DNA of 60,915 bases, counting the filler. It is 6 parts of 6 records of this genome, joined end to end, with 100 filler letters (N's around TTAATTAATTAA, not from the genome) between each part and the next. Parts side by side here need not be neighbours in the genome. Positions count along the whole stretch, not along the records: positions 1 to 5,379 come from SRR20825010_1785; positions 5,480 to 8,922 come from SRR20825010_1787; 4 more parts are not named here. One strand, 5' to 3'. Positions 1 to 9,022 of the stretch are shown piece after piece. A model generated the notes under the pieces. The model saw only the letters and a list, made by a program, of their open reading frames with translations, made no database searches and was not told where the DNA came from. Every line of letters begins with the position of its first letter. Position 1 is the stretch's first letter. Position numbers and translations under genes: made by a program.

Positions 1-184
1 GGTGCGAACCGCGCTTGCGCGGAAATCGCCGCAGGGCGATCAAGCATATCCGTGTCGGCAGGTTGCCTTGAACTGGATGGTGCCAGATTCGGTTCGCCCC
101 TCAAGAGGCACTCCTGCATTTATCGTTGACGCACGAAACAGAACGGGGGCTCGAACCCTGTCCCTGTGTCGCTTGTTGCTGCTC

Positions 185-685
185 TTAATGTGTCGCCTGC
201 TGACGCGGCGGTTCTTGCTGGTGGATGCTGAGAATCAGCTGGTCTTCCAGGGCAAAGCGTTCTTCCAGGGTTTCCATCAGTGCACTGATGCGCTGGGGTA
301 GCACCTTGCGCTGGGCCAGGCACTGGTTCGGATGTTCGAAGTCTTCATTGAAAGCCAGGGCAGCATCGGTGGAGGTGTCCAGCTTCTGCATAATCTGCCG
401 GGTCAGTGCCGGGTTCTCCCGGTGAAAGTGGCGGGCTTCGTTAACCAGTTCCCGATATACCTCGAAATAGCCGGCACTGATGTAGTCCATCAGTAGCTGA
501 CAGAATCGCTGTACCTGCCGTTGCATGGGTTGCGGGTTGTCGTACGGTTGGGGGGTAGAAAGGCCTTTCAGGCCCTGCATGGTGCACAGCAGCACAATCA
601 GCTGTTGGCGTTCATCCAGCCAGGCCTGAACCAGGGCTTCGATACGTTGCCATTGAGCCAGTGCTGCAGATGTGGAACTCGCCAT
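185..685 (-). CDS. rsd: Rsd/AlgQ family anti-sigma70 factor
   Basis: 166-aa helical protein with WLDERQQLIV and FCQLLMDYISAGYFEVY, plus a C-terminal LEERFALEDQLI, all typical of Rsd/AlgQ. Confidence 0.88.
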   Translation of the reverse strand: MASSTSAALAQWQRIEALVQAWLDERQQLIVLLCTMQGLKGLSTPQPYDNPQPMQRQVQRFCQLLMDYISAGYFEVYRELVNEARHFHRENPALTRQIMQKLDTSTDAALAFNEDFEHPNQCLAQRKVLPQRISALMETLEERFALEDQLILSIHQQEPPRQQATH

Positions 686-966
686 TGTGTTCCCTCCTTA
701 GTGAATGGCTGAGACTGCCTTGGGCCGGGGGTACGAACGGTGCCGTACGAGCGGACGTCTGATTCTTCAGCAGGGCTATCGAGACTAGGATGGAGCGTGG
801 CGAGGGCGCAATGGGCAGAAAGTGACCTTTTCGCGGAGTGGGTGGAAACAGTGAAAAAAACAGCGTGGCGTCAGCCACTTGCTGATAAAGACGGATTTTT
901 TATAAGGCAGGGGCTTTTAGTGCTTTGTAACGGCAGGCGTGTGGCGTGCAGCCCCTGTTGCGGCTC

Positions 967-1704
967 TTACAGATATTGCGCCACCCAGGGCCACAGCCAA
1001 GGCAGTGCGATGGCGGTGACCAACCCACACAGGCCCAGCGCCAGGCCCGCAAAGGCGCCGGCTTTCTCGCCGTATTCGAAGGCTCTGGCGGTGCCGATGG
1101 CGTGGGCTACCAGCCCCAGTGCAAAGCCTTTTACCCGGTGGTCGGTAACCTTGAGCAGCCGGAAGATGGGGCCGGCGGAAAGCGCGCCGACAATGCCGGT
1201 GATGGCCACGGCTCCGGCCGCCAGCGAGACGTAGCCGCCGGTGGATTTCACCACTTCCACGGCAATTGGCGTGGTGATGGATTTGGGCGCCAGGGAACCT
1301 ACGACTTCGGCGGGCGCACCCAGCCACCAGGCCAGCCCCACCGCGATGGCGGCTGAGATGAAGGCGCCGAGAATGGTGGCGATGACAATGGGGGTAAGCA
1401 CGCTGCGCACAGTGTGCAGTTGCCGGTATAGCGGCCAGGCCAGGGCAACGGTGGCCGGGCCCAGCAAAAAGGCAATGATCTGGGTCTGGTCGCGGTATTC
1501 CTCGTAGTCCACATTCACCAGCGGCAACACGATAATCACCGGAATGGAGGCCACCAGAAACGGGTGAAACACGGGCAGGCTGTTGCTGCGGCCGTAGATC
1601 CAGAGGGCGAAACGGTAGCTGGCCAGCGTCAGTAGCACACCAAACAGGGGGGTGTGTACCAGCCCGGCCAGGTTGTCCAGGTTAGCCGGCATGGTCGTCT
1701 CCAT
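967..1704 (-). CDS. lrgB: LrgB family membrane protein
   Basis: Hydrophobic, with LLGPATVALAWPLY, SLAPKSITTPIA and GLVAHAIGTARA motifs; overlaps the upstream LrgA-like gene. Confidence 0.9.
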   Translation of the reverse strand: METTMPANLDNLAGLVHTPLFGVLLTLASYRFALWIYGRSNSLPVFHPFLVASIPVIIVLPLVNVDYEEYRDQTQIIAFLLGPATVALAWPLYRQLHTVRSVLTPIVIATILGAFISAAIAVGLAWWLGAPAEVVGSLAPKSITTPIAVEVVKSTGGYVSLAAGAVAITGIVGALSAGPIFRLLKVTDHRVKGFALGLVAHAIGTARAFEYGEKAGAFAGLALGLCGLVTAIALPWLWPWVAQYL

Positions 1705-2065
1705 GGGCTTTGCCTGTGGCTTCCTGGTGTTTGCCGCCCAGCAGCTTTTTCAGCATCAGGGTAACCACGATCATGCTGAGCAGGGTGCCCAGCACCACGG
1801 CCACGCCCAGCGCCAGGGCGTACTCCTCGTAGCGGTGCCACTGCAGCACGATGCCGACCCCGAGGGGAAAAATCAGCAGACTGATGTGTTTGATCAGGGC
1901 ACCGGCGGCCGGGGCCACCCGTTGCGTGAACGGGGCTTCCAGCAATAGTGCCAGCAGCAATAGCACCATGCCGACCACGGAGGCGGGCAGGGGAATGCCA
2001 GTGAGGCGAATAACCACCTCACCGAAAAACTGGAATAACAGCAGGATCAGCAGACCATCGATCAT
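1682..2065 (-). CDS. lrgA: CidA/LrgA holin-like membrane protein
   Basis: 127 aa, about 4 TM segments, GIPLPASVVGMVLL and LLIFPLGVGI motifs, directly upstream of lrgB. Confidence 0.88.
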   Translation of the reverse strand: MIDGLLILLLFQFFGEVVIRLTGIPLPASVVGMVLLLLALLLEAPFTQRVAPAAGALIKHISLLIFPLGVGIVLQWHRYEEYALALGVAVVLGTLLSMIVVTLMLKKLLGGKHQEATGKAHGDDHAG

Positions 2066-2072
2066 GGCGGGC

Positions 2073-2576
2073 TCAGCGGGGCAGCGGGCGGAACATCTGG
2101 ATCAGGGCAACGATCAGCAGGCCGGCAAACACCACCATGGACCAGGCGGGCAGGCTCAGGCCGAGAAAGGACCAGTCCATTTCGGCGCACTCGCCGGAAC
2201 CGGCCAGCACTTGCTGGAGCACATTCTGCAGGGGGAATACGTCGAGCATGTAGTCCAGCCCGGGGCCGCAGGCAGGCACCTGGTCCGCCGGCAGGTTCTG
2301 CAACCAGATATGGCGTGCTGCCACGGCGCCACCACCGAGGGCAGCCAGGGCGGTCAGCGCGCCGTAGATGCGCACCCCAACGCCTTTCGGACCGTGCAGG
2401 CTGGCGATCAGCAGGATCACCGCCCCGACGATCACGCCGACGCGCTGGAAAATACACAGCGGGCAGGGTTCCAGTCCATCCACGTGTTGCAGGTAAAGGG
2501 CGCCGGCCATGGCGGCCAGACAGGCAAGAAATGCGAGGATGTTCAGCGGGCGTGGAGCAGGAATGAAGGACGGCAT
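2073..2576 (-). CDS. dsbB: Disulfide bond formation protein B
   Basis: [11 protein letters not shown] motif, second Cys pair (PACGPG...SGEC) and 4 TM helices; start moved to ATG 2576 because the ORF-track extension looks non-coding. Confidence 0.92.
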   Translation of the reverse strand: MPSFIPAPRPLNILAFLACLAAMAGALYLQHVDGLEPCPLCIFQRVGVIVGAVILLIASLHGPKGVGVRIYGALTALAALGGGAVAARHIWLQNLPADQVPACGPGLDYMLDVFPLQNVLQQVLAGSGECAEMDWSFLGLSLPAWSMVVFAGLLIVALIQMFRPLPR

Positions 2577-2753
2577 GGGGCGGCTCTTTTCGTCGGGGAC
2601 CGGCGAAGGGTAGGCAAAAGCGCCGGTGGCGGCAAGGGCGAAGGAGGAGGGATGTTCACGCACTGTGTCGGGTGCGGGCGAGGCAGGACATGATGCCTGC
2701 ATCGCGACCTGCGCCAAACGTGAGAATTATCTGATCCTTTTTGCGGATTTGTC

Positions 2754-2945
2754 TCAGGCTTGTTTGGCGTTTTTCTGCTGCAGGTTACGGTCGTGCCAGG
2801 CGTCGATACCGGCCTGCCAGCCGTCAAACCACCATTGCGTCAGCGGGGCATCCGTATAGGGGCAACGATTGCTGTCGCCGCCGGACATGCCCCACATGCA
2901 TCCCTGATTGTACGCTTTTTCGCACTGCTCCCGGTCTGGAGACAT
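2754..2945 (-). CDS. rmf: Ribosome modulation factor (RMF)-like small protein
   Basis: KAYNQG..GMSG...RCPY......WWFDGWQAG matches the RMF pattern (RA..RG..AG..G....CPY......W..GW); AAGGAG lies 9 nt upstream of ATG 2945. Confidence 0.7.
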   Translation of the reverse strand: MSPDREQCEKAYNQGCMWGMSGGDSNRCPYTDAPLTQWWFDGWQAGIDAWHDRNLQQKNAKQA

Positions 2946-3147
2946 GCCCTTGCTCCTTGTCACGTTCCATTGAGAGTAGCACTACGGTGCTATTTGCATA
3001 GCGTGCGAGTCCGCATTTTTGTTGTGCAAATGCAGCAAGAGCGATCTGTGTGCAGCGTTAGCGGTGCGCTATGCAACGGAATGTGTCGCAGTGCAACGTG
3101 CCGTTGGCAGGGCGGAGCAAGCCAGAGAGAGAGCGAGATGGAGTGAG

Positions 3148-3196
3148 GCGGGGCTGCAGCGGTCCCCGTGGGGGGGGGGAGTCGCTGCAGCCCCGC
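3148..3196. terminator. GC-rich hairpin just downstream of gshA (terminator-like or mRNA-stabilising)
   Basis: Perfect 14-bp inverted repeat GCGGGGCTGCAGCG (3148-3161) / CGCTGCAGCCCCGC (3183-3196), 7 nt after the gshA stop; no U-tract. Confidence 0.5.
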
Positions 3197-3203
3197 TGGC
3201 CGG

Positions 3204-4766
3204 TCAATCGCGGAAGTAATCAGCCAGGTAATCTTCGAAGGATTGCTGGTCGGCGGCTTCCCCGGCGGCCTGTTCGGCCAGGCTATCGGCGGCCAGTTCT
3301 TCCAGACGCTGGTTGGTGGCGTCGCAGCGCTGGCGGGACAGGAAGTGATCACGGTGGGCCAGGGCCTGATCCATGGCGAACTGGAAGAAGCCCTGATTGC
3401 GGCTCTCCAGTTTTGCCAGAATGCGCGCGGATGGGGTGGCGTCCGGGTTATCCACTTTTTCCTGCTGATGCGCCAGTGCCTCGGCATAGTTGGTGCCGCC
3501 GTGGGCCCGGTCGAACAGTTCGGCGATGGGCTGCATCTGTTCCAGCTTTTCCGTGGCCCAGTCTTTCAGGGTCACCGATTTGCCCCAGTTGCACAGTTCT
3601 ATGCCGGTATTGCGTCCGTCGTAGACCACCTTGCGCAGGTTTTCCTTGCTGGCATGCAGGTCGCATTTTTCCAGTTGCGGCGATTCACGCAGCAGACAAT
3701 AGGTGGCGAACAGATCCAGGAAACGGATTTCCTGCTGGTTGATGCCCACGGGTTCGAACGGGTTCAGGTCCAGCGCGCGGATTTCGATGTATTCCACGCC
3801 TCGTTCCTGTAATGCCGTGGTGGGGCGCTCGCCCGGGTTGATGGTGCGCTTGGGGCGAATGGACGAGTAATACTCGTTCTCGATCTGCAGAATATTGGTG
3901 TTGAGCTGGCGGTAGTCATCGCCCACCTTCACACCGATTTTCTCGTAGGCCGGTTCTGGCGTCTTGATGGCATGGGTGAGCGTGCTGACGTACTCATCCA
4001 GGTTGTTGTAGCTGATCGCCAGGGAAGACTGGGCATTGTTCTGGTAGCCCAGATCGCTCATGCGCAGGCTGGTGGCCTGGGGGCGATAGAGGGAGTGGTC
4101 AAAACGCTCCAGCAGGTCGTGTTCACGGCCGGCCAGGAAAGAGGCGCACAATGCCGGTGAGGCACCAAACAGATAAACCAGCAACCAGGAATAGCGCTGG
4201 AAATTGCGCGTCAGGTCGAAGTAGCGACGGGAAATGTAATCCTGCAGCGGTGCGCTGTCGCCTTCCAATTGCTGGTTCAGTTTCCAGAATGCTTCCGGGT
4301 AGGAAAAGTTGTAATGAATCCCGGCGATGGTCTGCATCTTGCGACCGTAGCGGTGGCCCAGACCTTCGCGGTAGACGGTTTTCATGCGGCCCACATTGGC
4401 GCTGCCGTATTGCGCCACGGGTACATCACTGTCCTTGCCGATCATGCAGGGCATGGAGTTCACCCACAACACTTCATCACCAATATGGCTATACACATAG
4501 CGGTGGAGCTGTTCGAGAAACTCGATGGGTTTGTGCAGCTCGGTGCTGGGCGGGGTAATAAATTCCAGCAGCGCTTCGGAATAATCCGTGGTGATGTAGG
4601 GGTGAGTCAGTGCGGAGCCCAGCGCCTTGGGGTGCGGGGTTTGCGCCAGGGTGCCATCAGTGGTGATGCGCAGGCTTTCTTTCTCGATGCCACGACGGAT
4701 ACCAGCCAGGGTGGCGGCGGCATCTGAATCCAGCAGGGCATGAATTCTCTGTTCAAGATGCTTCAT
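3204..4766 (-). CDS. gshA: Glutamate--cysteine ligase
   Basis: RRGIEKESLR, ITTDYSEALLEFIT, GIHYNFS, LQIENEYYSSIRPK and GVEYIEIRALDLNPF motifs; probable start ATG 4766. Confidence 0.96.
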   Translation of the reverse strand: MKHLEQRIHALLDSDAAATLAGIRRGIEKESLRITTDGTLAQTPHPKALGSALTHPYITTDYSEALLEFITPPSTELHKPIEFLEQLHRYVYSHIGDEVLWVNSMPCMIGKDSDVPVAQYGSANVGRMKTVYREGLGHRYGRKMQTIAGIHYNFSYPEAFWKLNQQLEGDSAPLQDYISRRYFDLTRNFQRYSWLLVYLFGASPALCASFLAGREHDLLERFDHSLYRPQATSLRMSDLGYQNNAQSSLAISYNNLDEYVSTLTHAIKTPEPAYEKIGVKVGDDYRQLNTNILQIENEYYSSIRPKRTINPGERPTTALQERGVEYIEIRALDLNPFEPVGINQQEIRFLDLFATYCLLRESPQLEKCDLHASKENLRKVVYDGRNTGIELCNWGKSVTLKDWATEKLEQMQPIAELFDRAHGGTNYAEALAHQQEKVDNPDATPSARILAKLESRNQGFFQFAMDQALAHRDHFLSRQRCDATNQRLEELAADSLAEQAAGEAADQQSFEDYLADYFRD

Positions 4767-4870
4767 GTTTGGGGCCTGTCGTGCGGCCGCCCGGGTGTGG
4801 GGCTGGCCGCGGGTGTGACGGAATTCCGACAATCATGGGGCAATAGAATGACGCTGAGAAGTCACCCCGC

Positions 4871-5379
4871 TCAGGAGCGCTTCTTGCTGTCCTTCTTCTG
4901 CTTCTCTTCCTTGGCCTTGGCAAACAGGTCGGCGAACGTGCCGCCACCGCCCTGGGGCTGACCACCGGCGCGTTGACCGCCACCGTTACCGCCGCCACCG
5001 CGGCGTTGATTATTGCCTTTACCGGCCTGGTTGGCGCGATTGCTGGTGGGGCGTTGGCCACTGGTTTTTTCGGTGGGTTGGTCGTCCATGCGCATGGTCA
5101 GGCTGATGCGTTTACGATCCAGATCCACGTCCAGCACTTTGACCTTGACGATATCGCCGGGGGCCACCACCTGATGCGGGTCTTCCACAAACTTGTCCGC
5201 CAGTGCGGACACATGCACCAGGCCATCCTGGTGAACGCCGATGTCCACGAAGGCGCCGAAGTTGGTGACGTTGGTGACGGTGCCTTCCAGGATCATGCTT
5301 TGCTTCAGATCCTTGAGGGTTTCCACCCCTTCCTTCAGTGCCGCCGCCTTGAATTCCGGGCGCGGGTCGCGGCCGGGCT
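4871..5379 (-). CDS. tex: Tex transcription accessory protein, C-terminal S1 domain (5'-truncated)
   Basis: PGRDPRPEF followed by [28 protein letters not shown] (Tex S1 domain); runs into the spacer. Confidence 0.9.
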
Positions 5380-5479
5380 NNNNNNNNNNNNNNNNNNNNN
5401 NNNNNNNNNNNNNNNNNNNNNNNTTAATTAATTAANNNNNNNNNNNNNNNNNNNNNNNNNNNNNNNNNNNNNNNNNNNN
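5380..5479. other. Artificial contig spacer
   Basis: 44 N + TTAATTAATTAA (stops in all six frames) + 44 N. Confidence 0.99.
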
Positions 5480-5480
5480 G

Positions 5481-6167
5481 CCCTACAAGTCCTCGGGCAT
5501 GATGCTGACATGCTGGAAGGACGCCGGGATCGAAGGTCCAGAAGACCTGGACAACCGCACGCTGGGTGTCTGGTTCTTCGGCAATGAATTCCCCTTCCTC
5601 GCCTGGATGAGCCATCTGGACATCGGCACCGATGGCAAGGCCGAAGGCTCTGTCGAGGTGCTCAAGCAGGGGTTCAACGTCGATCCGCTGTTGCAGCGTC
5701 AGGCGGATTGCATCAGCACCATGACCTACAACGAATACGGGCAGGTGCTCGACGCGGGCGTCGACCCGTCGGAACTGATCACCTTCAAGTACGAGGATCA
5801 GGGCGTCGCGATGCTGGAAGACGGCCTGTATGTGCTTGAGGAAAACCTCGAAGATCCCGCCTATGTCGACAAAATGGCGCGTTTCGTGGCCGCCTCGATG
5901 CAGGGCTGGAAGTGGGCCGAGGAAAACCCCGAGGACGCAGCGATGATCGTGCTGGACTACGATGAAACCGGCGCACAGACCGAGGCACATCAGATCCGCA
6001 TGATGGGCGAAGTTGCCAAGCTGACAGCCGGTTCGAACGGCGCGCTGGACCCGGCGGATTATCAGCGCACGGTCGACACGCTACTGGCCGGTGGGTCGGA
6101 CCCGGTGATCACCAAGCAGCCTGAGGGCGCGTGGACACATGTGGTTTCCGACGCCGCGCTGAAGTAA
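5481..6167 (+). CDS. ABC transporter substrate-binding protein, NMT1/THI5-like (5'-truncated)
   Basis: GVWFFGNEFPF, ADCISTMTYNEY, LEDGLYV and FVAASMQGWKWA resemble alphaproteobacterial NMT1/THI5-type binding proteins. Confidence 0.75.
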   Translation, partial: PYKSSGMMLTCWKDAGIEGPEDLDNRTLGVWFFGNEFPFLAWMSHLDIGTDGKAEGSVEVLKQGFNVDPLLQRQADCISTMTYNEYGQVLDAGVDPSELITFKYEDQGVAMLEDGLYVLEENLEDPAYVDKMARFVAASMQGWKWAEENPEDAAMIVLDYDETGAQTEAHQIRMMGEVAKLTAGSNGALDPADYQRTVDTLLAGGSDPVITKQPEGAWTHVVSDAALK

Positions 6168-6182
6168 CTGGATGAAAAATTG

Positions 6183-6216
6183 ACGCGGGGCCCATTTGCG
6201 GGGCCTCGCGTTTTTT
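6183..6216 (+). terminator. Rho-independent terminator
   Basis: Stem ACGCGGGGCCC / GGGCCTCGCGT followed by a T-run, between convergent genes. Confidence 0.8.
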
Positions 6217-6232
6217 GGCCGGGTCACGCGGC

Positions 6233-7201
6233 TCAGCCGCCCTTTACACCCGCCACATTGACGTACAGCGCATAGACAGACTGCGACGCAGCCATGAAGA
6301 TTCGGCTATTGGCACGACCGCCAAAGCACAGGTTGGCACAGCGTTCCGGCAAGGCGATGCGGCCGATGGGCCTGCCATCCGGCGCAAAGATCATGACGCC
6401 ATCCAGCTCTGAATCGCCCATGCCCCAACCGCACCACAAGTTGCCTTCTACATCGCAGCGCATCCCGTCCGGCGTGCCCGGTCCGGCGTCGATCTGCACG
6501 CGTTTGTTGGACAGGGTGCGCCCGTCGCTGCCCATATCGTAGGCAAGGATCTTTCGGGTCGGGACGCCGCGGGACTCGACGATATACAGGATGCTTTCGT
6601 CCGGCGAGAAACACAGCCCGTTGGGGCCAAGAATGTCATCTGCAACCACGATCGCCTCGCCCGTGTCCGGGTTCAGGCAGTAAACGTTCTGAGTCAATTC
6701 CGGGTCAGACCGATAGCCCTCATAGTTGCCCAAGATTCCGAAAACCGGGTCCGAGAACCAGATCGAGCCGTCGGATTTGACGATGATGTCATTGGGCGAG
6801 TTCAGGGGTTTGCCATCAAAGCTGTCCATCAGGACCGTGATCGTGCCATCGTATTCTGTCCGCGTGATGCGCCGCCCGCCATGTTCGCATGAGATCAGGC
6901 GCCCCTGCCGGTCACGCGTGTGGCCATTGGCGAAATTCGACGGGGCGCGGTATTCGCTGACCTGCCCGGTTTCTTCGTCCCAACGCATGATACGGTTGTT
7001 GGGGATGTCGCTCCACAAAAGGTGGCGGGCATCGCCGAACCAGACCGGCCCTTCGGACCAGCGCATGCCACTGGCCAGCCGCTCGACGCCCGCCAAAGGC
7101 AGTCGGTATTTGTCAAACGCGGGGTCCAGCGATTGTACCGCCGGGTCGGGGTAACGTGTCGTCGGCACCCAGCCGTTCGGGAAAAGGTCTTTGTCGCTCA
7201 C
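6233..7201 (-). CDS. SMP-30/gluconolactonase/LRE family protein
   Basis: WSEGPVW, WSDIPNNR, NSPNDI, GPNGLCFSPD and PDGMRCD beta-propeller metal-ligand motifs. Confidence 0.92.
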   Translation of the reverse strand: MSDKDLFPNGWVPTTRYPDPAVQSLDPAFDKYRLPLAGVERLASGMRWSEGPVWFGDARHLLWSDIPNNRIMRWDEETGQVSEYRAPSNFANGHTRDRQGRLISCEHGGRRITRTEYDGTITVLMDSFDGKPLNSPNDIIVKSDGSIWFSDPVFGILGNYEGYRSDPELTQNVYCLNPDTGEAIVVADDILGPNGLCFSPDESILYIVESRGVPTRKILAYDMGSDGRTLSNKRVQIDAGPGTPDGMRCDVEGNLWCGWGMGDSELDGVMIFAPDGRPIGRIALPERCANLCFGGRANSRIFMAASQSVYALYVNVAGVKGG

Positions 7202-7252
7202 CTGAGATCTCCTGTTTCTGCTGCGCGTTGCGGCGCGGATATTGGGGACTGG

Positions 7253-7780
7253 CTATGTTGACGATCGTTTTTGCAGGGTGATCCCCTGCCCGGCTTGCAC
7301 GGGTCGCTCCAGCATCGCGTGTGCGGCCAAGACCTGCGCCAACCGGTCTGTCACCTGTGGCTGCCAGTTTTCTGCGCGGCGCGTATTGAGATTGAAGCCA
7401 AGGAATTTGACCTCATTTGTGGCTCTAAGGTTGCCGTCCGCATCCATCACCCGGTGGAACAGGACCAGCCGCTTGGCGTCCACGTCCAGCAGTTGTGTCT
7501 CGATACTGAATGCATCCCCTTCGGCCAGTTCACCGGTATAGGTGACGTGGTTTTCGACGATGGCGTACTCATGGCCCTGCCGCGCCTCGATGGTCTGGAC
7601 CGGCGCGTTGATCCAGTTCCAAAAGGCCCAGTTCGCCTGATCGCAGATGGTCAGGTAATGCGCCATGTTGAGGTGATGGAATTCATCCACCCAGTCAGAT
7701 TTGACCGTATTGCGGACCAGAACCAGCGGGGCGGCAGTATCCCCGGTCCAATCGTGCAGGAAGGTTTCCGTGACCAACAT
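7253..7780 (-). CDS. Hotdog-fold acyl-CoA thioesterase (4HBT/FcbC-like, possibly betainyl-CoA thioesterase)
   Basis: DWVDEFHHLNMAHY and VENHVTYTGEL motifs; overlaps the caiD stop. Confidence 0.75.
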   Translation of the reverse strand: MLVTETFLHDWTGDTAAPLVLVRNTVKSDWVDEFHHLNMAHYLTICDQANWAFWNWINAPVQTIEARQGHEYAIVENHVTYTGELAEGDAFSIETQLLDVDAKRLVLFHRVMDADGNLRATNEVKFLGFNLNTRRAENWQPQVTDRLAQVLAAHAMLERPVQAGQGITLQKRSST

Positions 7781-8562
7781 CAGCGGCCCTTCCAGACCGG
7801 GTCACGTTTCTCCGAGAAAGACGCGATGCCCTCTGCCGCGTCCTCGCTGGCATATACGCGATCATAGATCGGCAAATCGCCCGAGCGCATCTTGGCATAG
7901 GCCTCTTCTTCGTTCAGCCCGGTTGTGGCCCGGTCGATTTCCTTGATCGCTTGCAACGACAAGGGGGCAGAGGCGGCAACACGCTCTGCCAGTGCCATCG
8001 CCGCGTCCAGCAGGTCAGCGCCCGGCACAACCGCATTCACCACTCCCCAACGTGCAAGTTCTTCGGCTGTTGCGCGGCGACCGGTCATCATCATTTCCAT
8101 CGCCACGGCGCGTGGCAACAGGCGCGGCAGACGGATTGTCCCGCCAGAGTCGGGCACCACGCCGATGGTGGCCTCGGGCAGGCCAAATTCGGCATGATCC
8201 GCCGCCACGATCATGTCCGCTGCCAAGGCCAGTTCAAACCCGCCGCCCAGCGCCATACCGTTGACAGCTGCAATCACCGGCTTCTTCAGGCCCCAGAACT
8301 CTGTCAGGCCGGCAAAGCCGCCGACACCCTGATCCGCATCCGCCGCCTCGCCCTCTGCCGCCGCCTTGAGATCCCACCCGGCAGAGAAAAACCGCGTGCC
8401 GCCGCCTGTGATGATGCCCACCGACAGGCTGTCATCGTCCTGCAAGGTCTGGAACGCAGCACCCAGCGCCATGCTGGTGGCCGCCGCAATGGCGTTTGCC
8501 TTGGGTCGGTCCAAGGTGACCAGCAGGACGCGCCCGTGCCGCTGTGTGGTGACGTCGCTCAT
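7780..8562 (-). CDS. caiD: Carnitinyl-CoA dehydratase (crotonase family)
   Basis: [38 protein letters not shown] and [10 protein letters not shown] closely match E. coli CaiD as I recall it. Confidence 0.85.
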   Translation of the reverse strand: MSDVTTQRHGRVLLVTLDRPKANAIAAATSMALGAAFQTLQDDDSLSVGIITGGGTRFFSAGWDLKAAAEGEAADADQGVGGFAGLTEFWGLKKPVIAAVNGMALGGGFELALAADMIVAADHAEFGLPEATIGVVPDSGGTIRLPRLLPRAVAMEMMMTGRRATAEELARWGVVNAVVPGADLLDAAMALAERVAASAPLSLQAIKEIDRATTGLNEEEAYAKMRSGDLPIYDRVYASEDAAEGIASFSEKRDPVWKGR

Positions 8563-8921
8563 GTTTCAACCAATCGTGCCAGATAGGCACCGTAGCCTGA
8601 TTTTCCAAACAACCGAGCGCGCTCCATCAGCGCGTCGGCGTCGATCCAGCCCTGTTGATAGGCGATCTCTTCGGGGCAGCCAACCTGTTGCCCCTGCCGT
8701 TCCGATAGCGTCCGGACAAAATTGCCCGCGTCCAGTAGTGACGCATGGGTGCCGGTGTCTAGCCAAGCATAGCCCCGGCCCATCTGCTGCACGCTGAGCA
8801 ACCCGGCGTGCAGATACATTTCCAGCAACGAGGTAATTTCCAACTCTCCCCGAGGCGAGGGTGTCACCGCGCGGGCGCGCTCGGGGGCGGACCCGTCGAG
8901 GAAATAGAGCCCGGTCACCGC
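8559..8921 (-). CDS. rfbA: Glucose-1-phosphate thymidylyltransferase (5'-truncated)
   Basis: [28 protein letters not shown] and GCPEEIAY motifs of RmlA/RfbA. Confidence 0.93.
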   Translation of the reverse strand, partial: AVTGLYFLDGSAPERARAVTPSPRGELEITSLLEMYLHAGLLSVQQMGRGYAWLDTGTHASLLDAGNFVRTLSERQGQQVGCPEEIAYQQGWIDADALMERARLFGKSGYGAYLARLVET

Positions 8922-8922
8922 A

Positions 8923-9022
8923 NNNNNNNNNNNNNNNNNNNNNNNNNNNNNNNNNNNNNNNNNNNNTTAATTAATTAANNNNNNNNNNNNNNNNNNNNNN
9001 NNNNNNNNNNNNNNNNNNNNNN
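8923..9022. other. Artificial contig spacer
   Basis: Same 100-nt N/TTAATTAATTAA linker. Confidence 0.99.

Noticed and set aside
141-170. GGTTCGAGCCC on the minus strand, resembling a tRNA T-arm
   Set aside because: The T-stem is mismatched, and no acceptor, D or anticodon arms can be built
967-2065. LrgA/LrgB as a phage lysis cassette
   Set aside because: Ordinary chromosomal pair with no endolysin or phage genes nearby
5424-5435. Recurring TTAATTAATTAA palindrome as a biological repeat or att site
   Set aside because: Always centred in identical N padding; it is a six-frame-stop linker
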